From Batkoa obscura (taxonomy: Eukaryota), in NCBI GenBank assembly GCA_030770535.1, contig JASVEC010000001.1, positions 682,001 through 746,000 on the forward strand: a stretch of 64,000 bases of DNA, given 5' to 3'. The stretch's first letter is position 1. The number at the start of each line of letters is the position of its first letter. Position numbers and translations under genes: made by a program. This document shows positions 1-11,212 of the stretch, piece by piece. Below the pieces are notes generated by a model. It made no database searches, was not told the origin of the DNA, and worked only from the letters and a program-made list of their open reading frames with translations.

Positions 1-680
1 CAACTTTAAAAATAATAGAATAAAATAATATTCAAATTTACCATAGTATTAACTAAATTTTCATCAATTCCATTAATTTGTTTTATTTTTTTTTTATATT
101 CTTGAGTTAGAATATCCAGTTCTGATATTGCTTTTAAATTACTACAGTTGGACACAGTGGATTGTAATTTATTAGTTTCGATATCATTATTTTTTGTTAT
201 CTCTATTTTGTCTATTATAAAGAGTTAGAATTTACTTTTACTCTTACTTTTGCTTTTAACTTTAATTTTGGAACTTACTATTTTCTTCTATAAGTTGATT
301 ATTATCTGTTATATCAATTTCATCTTCATTTATTATCCTTGAAGTTTTATTGTTTACTAAAAAATGTATTTGATTTTATTACTCTTTTTTTAAAAAAAAG
401 AAAAAAGAAAGAATTTACTATTGTTTTCACGTTGTTGAAATATATCTAATAAAATAAAAAGTTAAGATAAATGATAATTTTTATAAAACTATTAAATAAA
501 ATAAAATAAAATAAAATAAAGTTTACCTTCAAAAAAGAGGTTCATATTCATCTCTAATATTTCATTTTTAAAATCATCTTCAAATAAAATTTCATTATCT
601 TGATATTGTTTTTCTTTTGTTTCTTCTATTATTAACCATGGTTTTGATAAAGTATTGATCTTTTTTTTAGTATGTGGCAT
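1..680 (-). CDS. Spliced gene of unknown function, runs off the left edge
   Basis: ATG at 680 (MPHTKKKINTLSKPW...). Successive short GT-AG introns give in-phase exons (..FFE/DIFQQRENN/INNKTSRII../NKIEITKNNDIETNKLQ..LVNTM, then gtaaat). No recognisable domain. Confidence 0.5.
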
Positions 681-905
681 ATCAAGTGAAATAATTGAGA
701 TTAAAATTTAATAAACAAATATTCAATTAATTTTTATGAACAATTTTAAAAAAAATAAATTTAAAAAAAATATTCTGATAAAATTAAAATTCAAGCGAAT
801 GATTTCATTGGTTCAAAAAATTACCATAAAAGTGAATTTATTTTTATAAAAAAATTCATTAAATAATTTCATTCCTTTTCTTTCACTCTTAAATTATTTT
901 CAATA

Positions 906-2210
906 ATGAATTTTAATTTATTACCTGATTTAATACTAGAACAAATTTTATCTTATATAAAACCAATTGAATTATATTCATTATTAATTATCAATAAACG
1001 ATTTAATCAATTAATTCAACCTATATTATCTTCTTATTTCAATTATTCTATGATATATAATTATAATAAAAAAGGTAACGAAATTCAATTGAAATATATA
1101 CAAAATTATCCTAATAGAATAATTCATTTAATAATTAATAATAAAAATCAATTAAATTTATTAAATCAATGTAAAAATATAAAAATATTACAATTTTTAC
1201 CTTTTACTTTGAATTTAATTAAATTACAAGAATATAATTTTAATAATTTAACTAAATTAATATTTATGGAATCTAATTCATCAATAGATACTTTTTTATT
1301 ATATTTTCTTTCAATATTAAATAATATTCAAGATTTAGAAATTACATATAAATTAATATCATTAAATGATTTATTATTATATTTGAATGAAAACAAATTT
1401 AAGAGATTAAAATTAAATAGTGAAAATATACATTTAGATGGTTTAGAAAAGTTAAAAAAATTCAATAAATTCCATACATTAATTATTAAAGCGGATTATT
1501 TAACATTTGATATTAATTATAATGATATAAGTGATTTTTTAGGATTAAAAATATTAGATATTAATTTAAAAAGAGATTATAATATTAATATTAAATATTT
1601 TGGTAATTTAAATCAATTGATAAAGGTAAACTTAAGTTTAAATTGTAATCAACAAGTATTTAATAATAATAATAATAATAATAATAATATTCAAATATTA
1701 GGAATTAAATATAATCAATTTTTAAATTATAATTCATTAATAAATTTTAGTAATTTAAATTATTTATGTATTACATGTACAAAAGATATTCATTTAATAT
1801 TAATTAAATTATTACCAATATTATCAATACAAATATTAGAATTAATAGATATTGTTGGTTATTTTAAATATTTTCAATTAAATCAATATGATTTATTAAA
1901 TCAAAACTTAATAAATGAAGATTATTATAAAGAAAATAATTATAATCGGTTAATAAAATCAAAAACAATATTGAAATTAATATTAAAAGTCGGTATAATA
2001 TCTATTTCTGATTTAATTCATTTATTTAATTTAGTTCCTAATTGTAATATTCTATTATTATTATCAATATTTATTAATAATAATTTATTAAATTTACCTA
2101 TTTTAAATAATATTCAAAAAGAAATTAATATTTATTCAGATAATTACGATAATTCAATTGTTAATTTAATTCATCAAAATATACCTTTACTTACTTGGCA
2201 TCTATTATAG
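906..2210 (+). CDS. F-box/LRR (RNI-like) protein
   Basis: N-terminal F-box-like LPDLILEQILSYI..L..INKRF followed by LxxLxL leucine-rich repeats; intronless, 434 aa. Confidence 0.75.
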   Translation: MNFNLLPDLILEQILSYIKPIELYSLLIINKRFNQLIQPILSSYFNYSMIYNYNKKGNEIQLKYIQNYPNRIIHLIINNKNQLNLLNQCKNIKILQFLPFTLNLIKLQEYNFNNLTKLIFMESNSSIDTFLLYFLSILNNIQDLEITYKLISLNDLLLYLNENKFKRLKLNSENIHLDGLEKLKKFNKFHTLIIKADYLTFDINYNDISDFLGLKILDINLKRDYNINIKYFGNLNQLIKVNLSLNCNQQVFNNNNNNNNNIQILGIKYNQFLNYNSLINFSNLNYLCITCTKDIHLILIKLLPILSIQILELIDIVGYFKYFQLNQYDLLNQNLINEDYYKENNYNRLIKSKTILKLILKVGIISISDLIHLFNLVPNCNILLLLSIFINNNLLNLPILNNIQKEINIYSDNYDNSIVNLIHQNIPLLTWHLL

Positions 2211-2390
2211 TTTGTTTAATATTAACATAAAATTAGATGACGTAAGTTTCAATTTAAATTTAAGGTTCAAATAAAATAGTTCAATAAAATCAATAAAAAA
2301 TGCCAATATTTATGCCAAGTTTAATATTAAAAAAATTATATAAAAACAAAATAATATTTTTTTAAATTTATTTTTTATTAATTTAATTTA

Positions 2391-3722
2391 ATGATTTTAT
2401 TTAATATTGATCAACTCCCTGATTTATTAATAGAATATATCTTCAATTATATTAAACCAATTGAATTATTTCAATATTTAATATTAAATAAAAGAATAAA
2501 TAAAATTATTCAATATTTAATAAAGATCAATTTAATACAATCTAATTATCACCTTACTAATTCTTATTGTTATAAATTACAACAAAGTTATATTCAATTA
2601 AATTCCAATCTAATAACTCATTTAATTATATCAACAAATGATAGTTATAAATTATTATTATTATGTCCTAATTTAAAAGCCATTAGTTTTTTATTTACAC
2701 ATAAATCTAATACAATAATAATCAATGATTATTTAACAACTAAATTTAATAAATTAAAACATATTAAATTAAGATATCCAGGACGAATTATTGATGATTT
2801 ATTATTACAGTTAAAGTCATTATTATCTATTATAAAAACAATTGATATTGATACTTATTCATTAAATTTAGATAAATTAATTCAAGTTATTGATTATAAT
2901 AATATAACATCAATTAAAATAAAATGTTTTAAATTAAATTTAGATGGTTTATCAGTATTAAAACAATATACTCATCTTAATCAATTGAAATTTATAGTTG
3001 ACATATTAACTATACCAATAGAGTATAATGATACTTTGAATTTTAAAGCGTTAAAAGTATTATGTATCATTGCCCGTAAAACTTATTCTTTTCAATCTTA
3101 TTATTTAGGTGATTTATCTCAATTAATTCATTTAGAACTTTATTTAAATCAATTTAATGATTATCAAGCCATAACTTCTACTTCTATTTCTACTTCTACT
3201 GCAATCCCCTCCGTCCCAATCATTAATTTAAATTTAAAAAAATTAGGATTTATTCAATATGATTTTTTAATTAATAATCATTATTTAACTTCTATGATAA
3301 ATTTAAATCATATAATTATTAAGTTTAGCGATGAATTTTATGCAGTGTTATCAGTCATATTAACCCTTCCTAACCTCCAAAGCCTTGAATTCCTTTCTCT
3401 ATGTTTTTACAAACAATCATTAACAAAAAAAGCTGATTCATCCATACTCTCCCTCCAAAATTTGTCCTTAACATTCAACTTCAATATTACAAAATTAACA
3501 TTTAATTCGTCTACTTTTTCAATTAAATTAATGTTCTCATTACTTGCTTTATTTCCCAATTTATCTTTGTTACAATTGATTAATTGTACTATTCAAGAAG
3601 TGGATTTAGGTCCTTATAATATGGAAACAAGGAGTGAGTTGACGATTCAATATGATAAAAAATCCATGATATTTTATAATACATTGAATCAAGTACAAAA
3701 CTTAAAATGGCAATTGATTTAA
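2391..3722 (+). CDS. F-box/LRR (RNI-like) protein, tandem paralog of 906-2210
   Basis: LPDLLIEYIFNYIKPIEL F-box; shares LDGL, GxLxQLI and terminal LxWxL motifs with its neighbour. Confidence 0.75.
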   Translation: MILFNIDQLPDLLIEYIFNYIKPIELFQYLILNKRINKIIQYLIKINLIQSNYHLTNSYCYKLQQSYIQLNSNLITHLIISTNDSYKLLLLCPNLKAISFLFTHKSNTIIINDYLTTKFNKLKHIKLRYPGRIIDDLLLQLKSLLSIIKTIDIDTYSLNLDKLIQVIDYNNITSIKIKCFKLNLDGLSVLKQYTHLNQLKFIVDILTIPIEYNDTLNFKALKVLCIIARKTYSFQSYYLGDLSQLIHLELYLNQFNDYQAITSTSISTSTAIPSVPIINLNLKKLGFIQYDFLINNHYLTSMINLNHIIIKFSDEFYAVLSVILTLPNLQSLEFLSLCFYKQSLTKKADSSILSLQNLSLTFNFNITKLTFNSSTFSIKLMFSLLALFPNLSLLQLINCTIQEVDLGPYNMETRSELTIQYDKKSMIFYNTLNQVQNLKWQLI

Positions 3723-3776
3723 TAAAATTTCTTTCTTTTTTAAATAAAACTAGATTAAAAAGTAACTTCTTTTGCA

Positions 3777-3884
3777 ATATGTGGGGTGTTTTTTTTGGTT
3801 TCATTATTTTTTCCATTTTTTAAGCGCTATTTGAGTGGAAAGATTGTTGGCAAAATTCTTAAACAAAAAAATACATCCCCATAT
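3777..3884 (+). mobile_element. ~105-bp MITE family A, copy 1
   Basis: ATAT-(G)TGGGGTGTTTT...AAAATACATCCCC-ATAT; internal sequence matches 10 other copies in the window. Confidence 0.85.
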
Positions 3885-3923
3885 ATAAAAAAATAAAACT
3901 AAAAACTTCAATTTATATAATCA

Positions 3924-3995
3924 AGGGCGCACCCGGATTTGAACCAGGGACCTATCGATCTGCAGTCGATTGCTCTACCACTGAGCTATACGCCC
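3924..3995 (-). tRNA. tRNA-Cys (GCA), intronless
   Basis: Reverse complement GGGCGTATAGCTCAGTGGTAGAGCAATCGACT-GCA-GATCGATAGGTCCCTGGTTCAAATCCGGGTGCGCCCT folds as a cloverleaf with A- and B-box and a U discriminator. Confidence 0.96.
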
Positions 3996-4222
3996 ACTTT
4001 TTACTTGTTAAGTGAATTCTAATAAAAATGTATTTAAATTAAATTTTCAAAAAAAGTGAAAAGATTGATAACGACTTTAAAATAAAATAAAACTATAAAA
4101 CAATCTAAGTTAGTAAAAAGGATATTGATGTTTTTTTTTATTAATTTAAATCTTCATTCTTATAAATCTTCAATCATTTGTATTAATTATATCAATATAT
4201 AGATTAATTCAACACCCTAGTT

Positions 4223-5509
4223 TTAATTTAGTTTTAATTGATATTGATTGCCTGTATGCTAAAGTAAAATTAAAGCATTAAAATCCACTATTAGTTAATC
4301 AAATAATCTTAATATCTTACCATATACCGATTTTTTATGTTTGTGATCGTTATCTTATCTTCATTTTTTTCCAACTCGGCCTCGAATAATGAACAAAAAT
4401 TATGCTTTAAAAAAGGACCTAATGGATTGAATTTAGATTCCATATTTTTTACAACATGAGTGGTAACCTAATTTAACATTAAATTTACCCCATTTATTAA
4501 TATATTAAAAATATTAAAAACATTGATTCCACTTACCACCACTGTAATCTGATATTGTTTAGCTATCCTTCTCAATGAAGAGATCAATTCCCAAGCTATT
4601 AAATGCATGGAATTTTTCATTAATTCCAAATTTGCTGCATAGAGGAGTAATTGATCTATATTATCTAGTAATAGAAGGGTATTGTAAAATTCATACTTGG
4701 CTAAAAAATTCATTAAAGTTTCATAATTAGAAAATCGAATTAATTGAATTCGAGTTAAGAAAGAAGTAATATCATTGGAATAAGTGGATTTTTGAAGGAG
4801 TAGATAATGAAGTTTTTTATAATTAATATCACCTTTTAGGTCAATGATGACTACTTTTTGATTACTTGATGACAGATGTGTGATCGCTAATTGAAGTAAT
4901 ATCTATTATGGTTAGTAATCTAATTGTAATTATAGATTAAGTTTTTTTCATTTACTTGTGTTTTTCCACTACCACTTATACCTTCAATACCAATTAATCG
5001 ATTAACATTAAACGTATTCAATTCTTTAAAATAATTATACAAATCATTCCTTATCATAAACCTTAATTCTCTTTCTTTTAAAATAAATAAAACTAAAACT
5101 ATTTACCTAGTTCTAATATTCAATTGTACCTTATTTCCATTATATTCCCTTTGTTTTATTTGTAATAATTCAAAACCATTAACTATTCTTTCTTGAATTA
5201 AATTTTGTTTTAATTTTCTTTGTTTTAATACTTCCATAATTGCATACAACTCTTTAAAATATTCAAATTGTTTGGTTTCCCTACCTTTTAGTAATTCGAT
5301 TAAACTGGCTAAGTTATACTTTTCTTGGCCCAATAATTGATACAGTTGATAATCTGTAATTATTTGGTTAGTGATGATGGTGAGTGTAGATATTGAGAAA
5401 TACCATATTCAATTCCTTGTTTTAATAACGCTTGTAAACAAAGTTGAATTTTTAAATCTGGATCTGAAAGTTGATTTTGAATATAAACTTGCAATTGAAG
5501 TAGTTTCAT
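4223..5509 (-). CDS. RAD51 paralog (RAD51D-like RecA-fold ATPase), 6 exons
   Basis: Exons approx. 5509-5404, 5353-5107, ~5061 (or 5049)-4956, 4902-4537, 4467-4321, 4258-4223 with phase-consistent GT-AG introns. Motifs: Walker A GIEGISGSGKTQ, VVIIDLKG, Walker B LLLLDNI, LRRIAKQYQITVVVTTHV; IVNGFELL resembles RAD51D PVNGADL. Confidence 0.75.
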
Positions 5510-6531
5510 TATAGAATCAAAGTTAGTAAATTTTGAAAATTCAAAATTCAAATAAAGTTAAATATTTTTTTGGAGTTATTTTTAGTAAACTATGTAATAG
5601 CTTAAAAACTTAATAATTGATTAAAAGAATTTGGTTGGCTTCTTACATATAGAAAAAAATAGAAACATGATTAATATTCCAATCAAAACAATATTATTTT
5701 TATTTTAAAATAAACAATTGATTATTCATAATACAACTGTATCAAAAGATGACATTTAGAAAAGTTATTATAGCATAACTAATCCTAAAAAAATCAACCT
5801 TAGAAATTTTACTATAACCCATTAAACACGACTTAAACTTAATATTAGTTACATTATTAAACTAAGTAATCTTAATTATGGGTATTGAAACGATAAAAAA
5901 GTAACAAATTCCTAAAATAATCATATTAAATAATAATCATCCGGAGACTATTATGGGATTCGTTAAAGTAACCAATGATATCAAAATTGATAACTTACAA
6001 TTCATTTTGGTTATTGTTCTTGAATATAAAATACTTAACGTTACTTTTAATTTCTTAAGTGCGATATTATTGCTATTCTTAACAATAAAGTATGAGATCT
6101 TTTATGATTAAGTTTTTTTGAACAAATCCAGAATGGTAGGAGTTTAGGAGTTGTAACACTAAATATCATTACTGCTAAAAATGGCTTATTTATTCAGAAA
6201 TTGGCTTTAGTGTGTTGTAACTAATAAGACTCTCAACTATTTTTAATAAAAAAAGGAATAGTTACTTATGAAATGGGCTGTTCAACAAAATTGACAGTTA
6301 AACTTTATCCAAAAGATTGATGTTAGAATTAACAAAATGGCAAGCCAAAATTGGAAAAATACTAATAAAATCCTTAAAATAACGTCAATAAGGGAATTAA
6401 ATAGCAGTTAAAAATCAATGAGGAGATTAAGTATAACGATTTTATTTTATTATATATAATAAAATACGCTATCTTTGATTAAACTTTTTTTTATATATCT
6501 ATCCATTCTTAATATTGATATTAACTATAAA

Positions 6532-7536
6532 ATGATTACTTATACTCTAATATTTTATTTGATTCAATTAATACTTGGTCAATGTAATCAAGTAGTGATG
6601 AGACGAGAGATCCGAGAATTAAGTAGTGGGGAATTGAATGAATATATGAATGCTATTCGTACATTAAACAGTGGACCTAAACCCACACGGTATGATGAAT
6701 TTGCCCAAATTCATTTAGAAAATGCGCCCTTTGCCCATGGAACTATCCAATTTTTAGTATGGCATCGAGAATATATATTACAATTTGAACAATTATTACG
6801 TACAATATCACCAGGTATTGTGTTACCTTATTGGGATTGGTCCATCGATTCTCAAGATCCAGCAAGTTCCTCTGTTTTACAAAGCTTTATGTTTGGTGGT
6901 AATGGTAATCCAGAGAATGAAAATTGTGTACAAAATGGAATCTTTGGAAATATGTTAGTGAGTTATCCAAGACAACATTGTTTAAAAAGACAATATGATT
7001 TAGGTAATCGAATGAGTAATTTTTTTAGTACCAATTCTTTATTAAATATGATCCGTAATTCCAATTCTTATCAACGGTTTAATAATGATATTGAAATGTT
7101 ACCTCATGCAAGGGTTCATGTTAATTTAGGTGGTAATGAAGGTGATATGAGTTATATGTTTTCAACTAATGATCCATTGTTTTGGTTACATCATACTTTT
7201 ATTGATAAAATTTATTTTGAATGGCAACAACAACATCCCTCTTTAGCAACTAGTTTTCCAGGGGATAATAATCAATCTATTCCTGGCTTTAATACTCCTG
7301 TTTCTCAAGTATTAAATACAGCTGGTGGTGGTAGATATTGTTATACTTACGCAAGGTTCCAAGGTGCTCCTGGTAACGCTCTTGCTTTTGATATGCAAGA
7401 TGAAATAGAAGACTTAGCTAAGTTGGATAACTCCAAAGTTAAACCTTTGCCGGATGATTGGATCTTAAGAAATAATTTAAATCCGGCGGAAGTTCGTGCT
7501 TTAGAACAGGAATGGGGTATTGGTGAAAGCATTTAA
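6532..7536 (+). CDS. Secreted tyrosinase (type-3 dicopper oxidase)
   Basis: Signal peptide MITYTLIFYLIQLILGQC (likely ATG 6532); CuA H..AH..FLVWHR, LPYWDW; CuB PHARVH..DPLFWLHH. Confidence 0.92.
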   Translation: MITYTLIFYLIQLILGQCNQVVMRREIRELSSGELNEYMNAIRTLNSGPKPTRYDEFAQIHLENAPFAHGTIQFLVWHREYILQFEQLLRTISPGIVLPYWDWSIDSQDPASSSVLQSFMFGGNGNPENENCVQNGIFGNMLVSYPRQHCLKRQYDLGNRMSNFFSTNSLLNMIRNSNSYQRFNNDIEMLPHARVHVNLGGNEGDMSYMFSTNDPLFWLHHTFIDKIYFEWQQQHPSLATSFPGDNNQSIPGFNTPVSQVLNTAGGGRYCYTYARFQGAPGNALAFDMQDEIEDLAKLDNSKVKPLPDDWILRNNLNPAEVRALEQEWGIGESI

Positions 7537-7997
7537 GTCATGATTCCTTTTTGTTTACTATTTTCTCTTTTTGCATTTAATTTCTCATATTAATAAAGCA
7601 TTCATTTTAGAACATTAACTATACCATATAATATTATTTTTATTTTAGTTTTACCATACTTTAGTATTTTTTATTAGAAGTTATTATAGTTTTTTATATC
7701 CATCACATGCACTTTTATGCATTATAGCGGTTGGTTAATTTTTTTAACATTTAACTCAATGGCATCTTGTAACATGAGTCTATAATCAACTGTAAATTGT
7801 AAAATTCATTAAAATAAATTTAAGTTTAATTGAAGCTTGTTTATAATATTGATTATAATTTCAATTGTATAAAATAACAAGGAACATATAAGAAAGTGAT
7901 GTTACTTCTTTTAAACTCAAACAGTTAACACGAACATGAAACCAGAGCAAAGTTGATATGAACAGTATTTTCAATGTTATACAGATAGTCGTATATT

Positions 7998-8854
7998 TTA
8001 AGCACAATCATAGAGTAATCTTCCTTGATTAGAGTCTCTTATAGTACTATGTGCCTTTTCGAACTCATTTAAAAAGATTGTTTTGCTCAAAAACAACAGT
8101 GAAGTGAAAACATGTTGAAATTCTAATAGAAATATTGAACAAGACGTATAATATTTATTATCAAATGAAAAACCAGAAGTATTCCTAATTAAAGAAATTA
8201 AATGAAGTGAATAACTCATAATAGGGATCACTTGGTGAGCAGTTAATTAAAATATAACTTTATATTATAAGCTTGAAAAACATAATTTTTTTCCAAAACT
8301 ATATTGCTCTGTTTTATATTTCATGTTTTCTGATGATTATGTATATGATTGTAATCAAATAGATTGTAGGAAGAACGATTACTATGGAAACAAGTGAATC
8401 AAACACAATTAAAATAATTATAATCATATGCTTAGGATTGTAATAAATAAGCTATAATATCTTTAATTTTTTTTGATATTTCATATGAGTAAACTGTACC
8501 AAATAAAAAACAGCAGTAATAGTTATGGTATAAAGCATCGAAACGAAAACGCTGGACATAAATATGGAAATTAATACAAGAAAGGTATGGTTTGGATAGC
8601 CAAAAATATCAACCATATTAGTTATATTAAATAGTATATCATTTAGTAATATAATAATTGACAACTTAAATACAAGCAAGTCATGTATTACTTTAAGTAA
8701 CACTCCGGGGTTTTGAAAACTATATGCTTATCAATAGTCATTGGTAAAGCTTTTTAAAACATATAAATTGTTAATAATAAATTTTATAAGCGTAAAGAAT
8801 AGTTGTTTTATAAAGTTTAAAAGGACCAATGAATCCCCAAGTGGTTTGTTTCAT
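7998..8854 (-). pseudogene. Degraded multi-TM membrane protein gene, possibly cAMP-receptor/Git3-like GPCR
   Basis: Hydrophobic fragments FKLSIIILLNDILFNI and VIF*LTAHQVIPIMSY..FQHVFTSLLF resemble TM2 and TM6/7 of fungal 7TM receptors; interrupted by stops and frameshifts. Confidence 0.35.
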
Positions 8855-9208
8855 ACAAAAATAAGTGTTAGGAATCGAGAGATAGATGCATAAAAAAGAA
8901 TAGTATTGTTAAAAGGATGTGAGTAGCTATTATAATGACAGAAACCAAAAAAGTTTCTTTTTAACTTTCAGCTGATAAAGTATAAAATAGGTAAATTTCC
9001 GCTTCATTATATATATATTTATTTAAAAAATAGTTGAAAACTGGAGCTACTGTGATATTTGTTTAAATGCAAAAAGCGATTTTACACAGTATGAGAAAAT
9101 GGGCCATGAAGTCAAAGTAATTATGAAGGAAGTAGCACAAACCAAAAGAAAAAATGATCAAGAAAAGGCAAAAGTCGCGAAATAGTTAAAATTATTTATA
9201 AGAATAAC

Positions 9209-10584
9209 TTAACTTTTACTGAGATAGAAAGGTAAATTGGGATGATAAATTGTATTTAATGAATTATCTAAAAATTCAATTAGATTACAAAAAAAAACAC
9301 ATTTATCTTAAATCACCTGTCAATTCATTAAATCCTTTAATTATGTCAAGGTCTCTTATAGTACTGACATTATTCCTTTTGTAAAAGTCATTACAATGAT
9401 ATTTGTGCAAACGTTCTTGTAAGTTTAATTTAGGCTCAATTAATATATCGCTTTCAACATTAGAAGGAGTATCTAAAGTATCAAAGATTGTTGATTGAGT
9501 TAAATCATATCGCCCGCCTTTTCCTTTTGAACAAGGATAAAAATAGTTTTGAATAATTTCAACATCGGCTAAAATAAAATAAAAAGTTAGCTAAATTTAA
9601 ACAATATCCAAATGTTTTTACATTCAATATAATTTATTCCAACCAACCAATTAAAATAGCCATTATCCCATAAATAATTTGAATATGGGAAGTTTGAGCA
9701 TGTGACGGTGATTACTAATGTCATTTTCTTTTCATTTTGTTGTATGTTTAGTAAGGTTAGCTGATAATCTACTGGTCTTTTAAAATTAAATCGCTTTGGT
9801 AGTTTTCCCAATAAATAATTCAACACAAAATCAATATTAAAAGAAAGAATATTCTTTTGAATCTGAACGTTCCTATTTATCCTAAAATTAGACGTTCTCT
9901 CTGTTGAGTATATAAATAATTCATCACTAAGTTGCTTAATTTCGTTTAGGCCTATTAATATTATTTGATATTTTGTTTGATATAAAAGTACCCCTTCCAT
10001 ACTGAATATTCCTTCTTTTACATCAAAACTACTTGGGATGTTCATTTCGTTTAGTTCTACTTGTTTCCATAGCTGAAAATCATATTTACTGGTCAAAACG
10101 AAAAGTTTCCTAATGGTTTTTGATTCCATTGTTATGAACATTTGTTTGTTATTTTTTAAAATTGATAATGAAATGTCAAGTAGTGGTAAACCTTCTGTTA
10201 ATTTGATCTCGTTAATTTTTTCAACTTGACTGAGCACTGAAAACTTAAATACCCTTAGAACATTCTCAAACAATGGCTCTGTACTACTATTATTTTCCAT
10301 CGAAATACTTTGATATGTAACTAAAATATAAAAATAATTAACATGAGAAAATGAGCTTATTTACCTAGATAATCTCCATCCAACGTAAACCCAAGGATAG
10401 ACCCTTTTTTCAATTCTTCATCTTTATCAAGAATGTCATCAATTTTAATTTTCCTACTTATTGGTGATATTCTAGAATTTGATAATATTTTGCTGTCTAT
10501 CGGGCTACTCAGTTGAATCTTCCTGTTTAATAAATACTTTGAAAGTTGAAAACGCTTTCTTCTTGGTTTGGAGTTGTTCATCAT
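9209..10584 (-). CDS. DCAF15-like CRL4 substrate receptor, 4 exons, ~409 aa
   Basis: Exons 10584-10365, 10320-9622, 9568-9317, 9267-9209, all phase-consistent. IKIDDILD..GSILGFTLDGDYLVTY..LRVFKF and VLNYLL..PVDYQLTLLNI resemble the DCAF15 blocks LKNIVD..HIFLGFSKCGRYVLSY and VINEVI..FSDYDIVILEV as recalled. Confidence 0.6.
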
Positions 10585-10727
10585 AATTTGTTTTATTACA
10601 TGTATTTTATTGAAATTGAACCAAAAGATAAGCTTAAATTTTTATTAAATTAATGTAATATTTTTATAGGCTTTGGGGATATGTTCTTTGATTGGTTAAT
10701 CTAAGGTTAATGAGATTTTATGATAAA

Positions 10728-10787
10728 ACGCGTGTTTTAGGTAATTATTGCCCAAATAAATCCTCCAATAGAAAAATCAAAACGCGA
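10728..10787. promoter_or_regulatory. Two MCB-like ACGCG(T/A) sites upstream of the DCAF15-like gene
   Basis: ACGCGT at 10728 and ACGCGA at 10782, with a reverse CCAAT near 10691; CGCG is rare in this AT-rich DNA. Confidence 0.35.
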
Positions 10788-11212
10788 TTTTGAAAATTTG
10801 CTAAATTACAAGCTATGGTCACTGTTAAAAAAACCATAGGTTTATTCGAATTGCTACCTTCGAATGCTGGGATGCAGGTTACTTACAATTCAGTTTAAAA
10901 TAAATGTTCAACAACGAGTACTTTTACAAGAATAAAATCCCTTAGTCTATTAGTGCTAATCAAACGCATTTTATAGCCGTTTTAATGATTAGGAATTATG
11001 TATTGGAATTTTTGATGGTCATTAGTAAAGTTTACAAATTAACAAAACCAAATTATTTATTTTTCAATACTTTACTTATATATGAAATAGCTTAGCCAGT
11101 ATTTTTAGAACAGTAGAGATTAATAAAAGTGTTGATAGCTGTCGTTTTTAAATTAATTTAATGTAATCGACAAGTATAACAATAAACTTTTTATTCTAAA
11201 TATACAAAACTA

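Noticed and set aside
3589..3816. Similar short ORFs at 3589-3816, 58130-58318 and 60805-61023
   Set aside because: They read through MITE-A copies and are not a gene family.
6475..6531. TTG start for the tyrosinase
   Set aside because: Eukaryotic gene; ATG 6532 gives a clean signal peptide.
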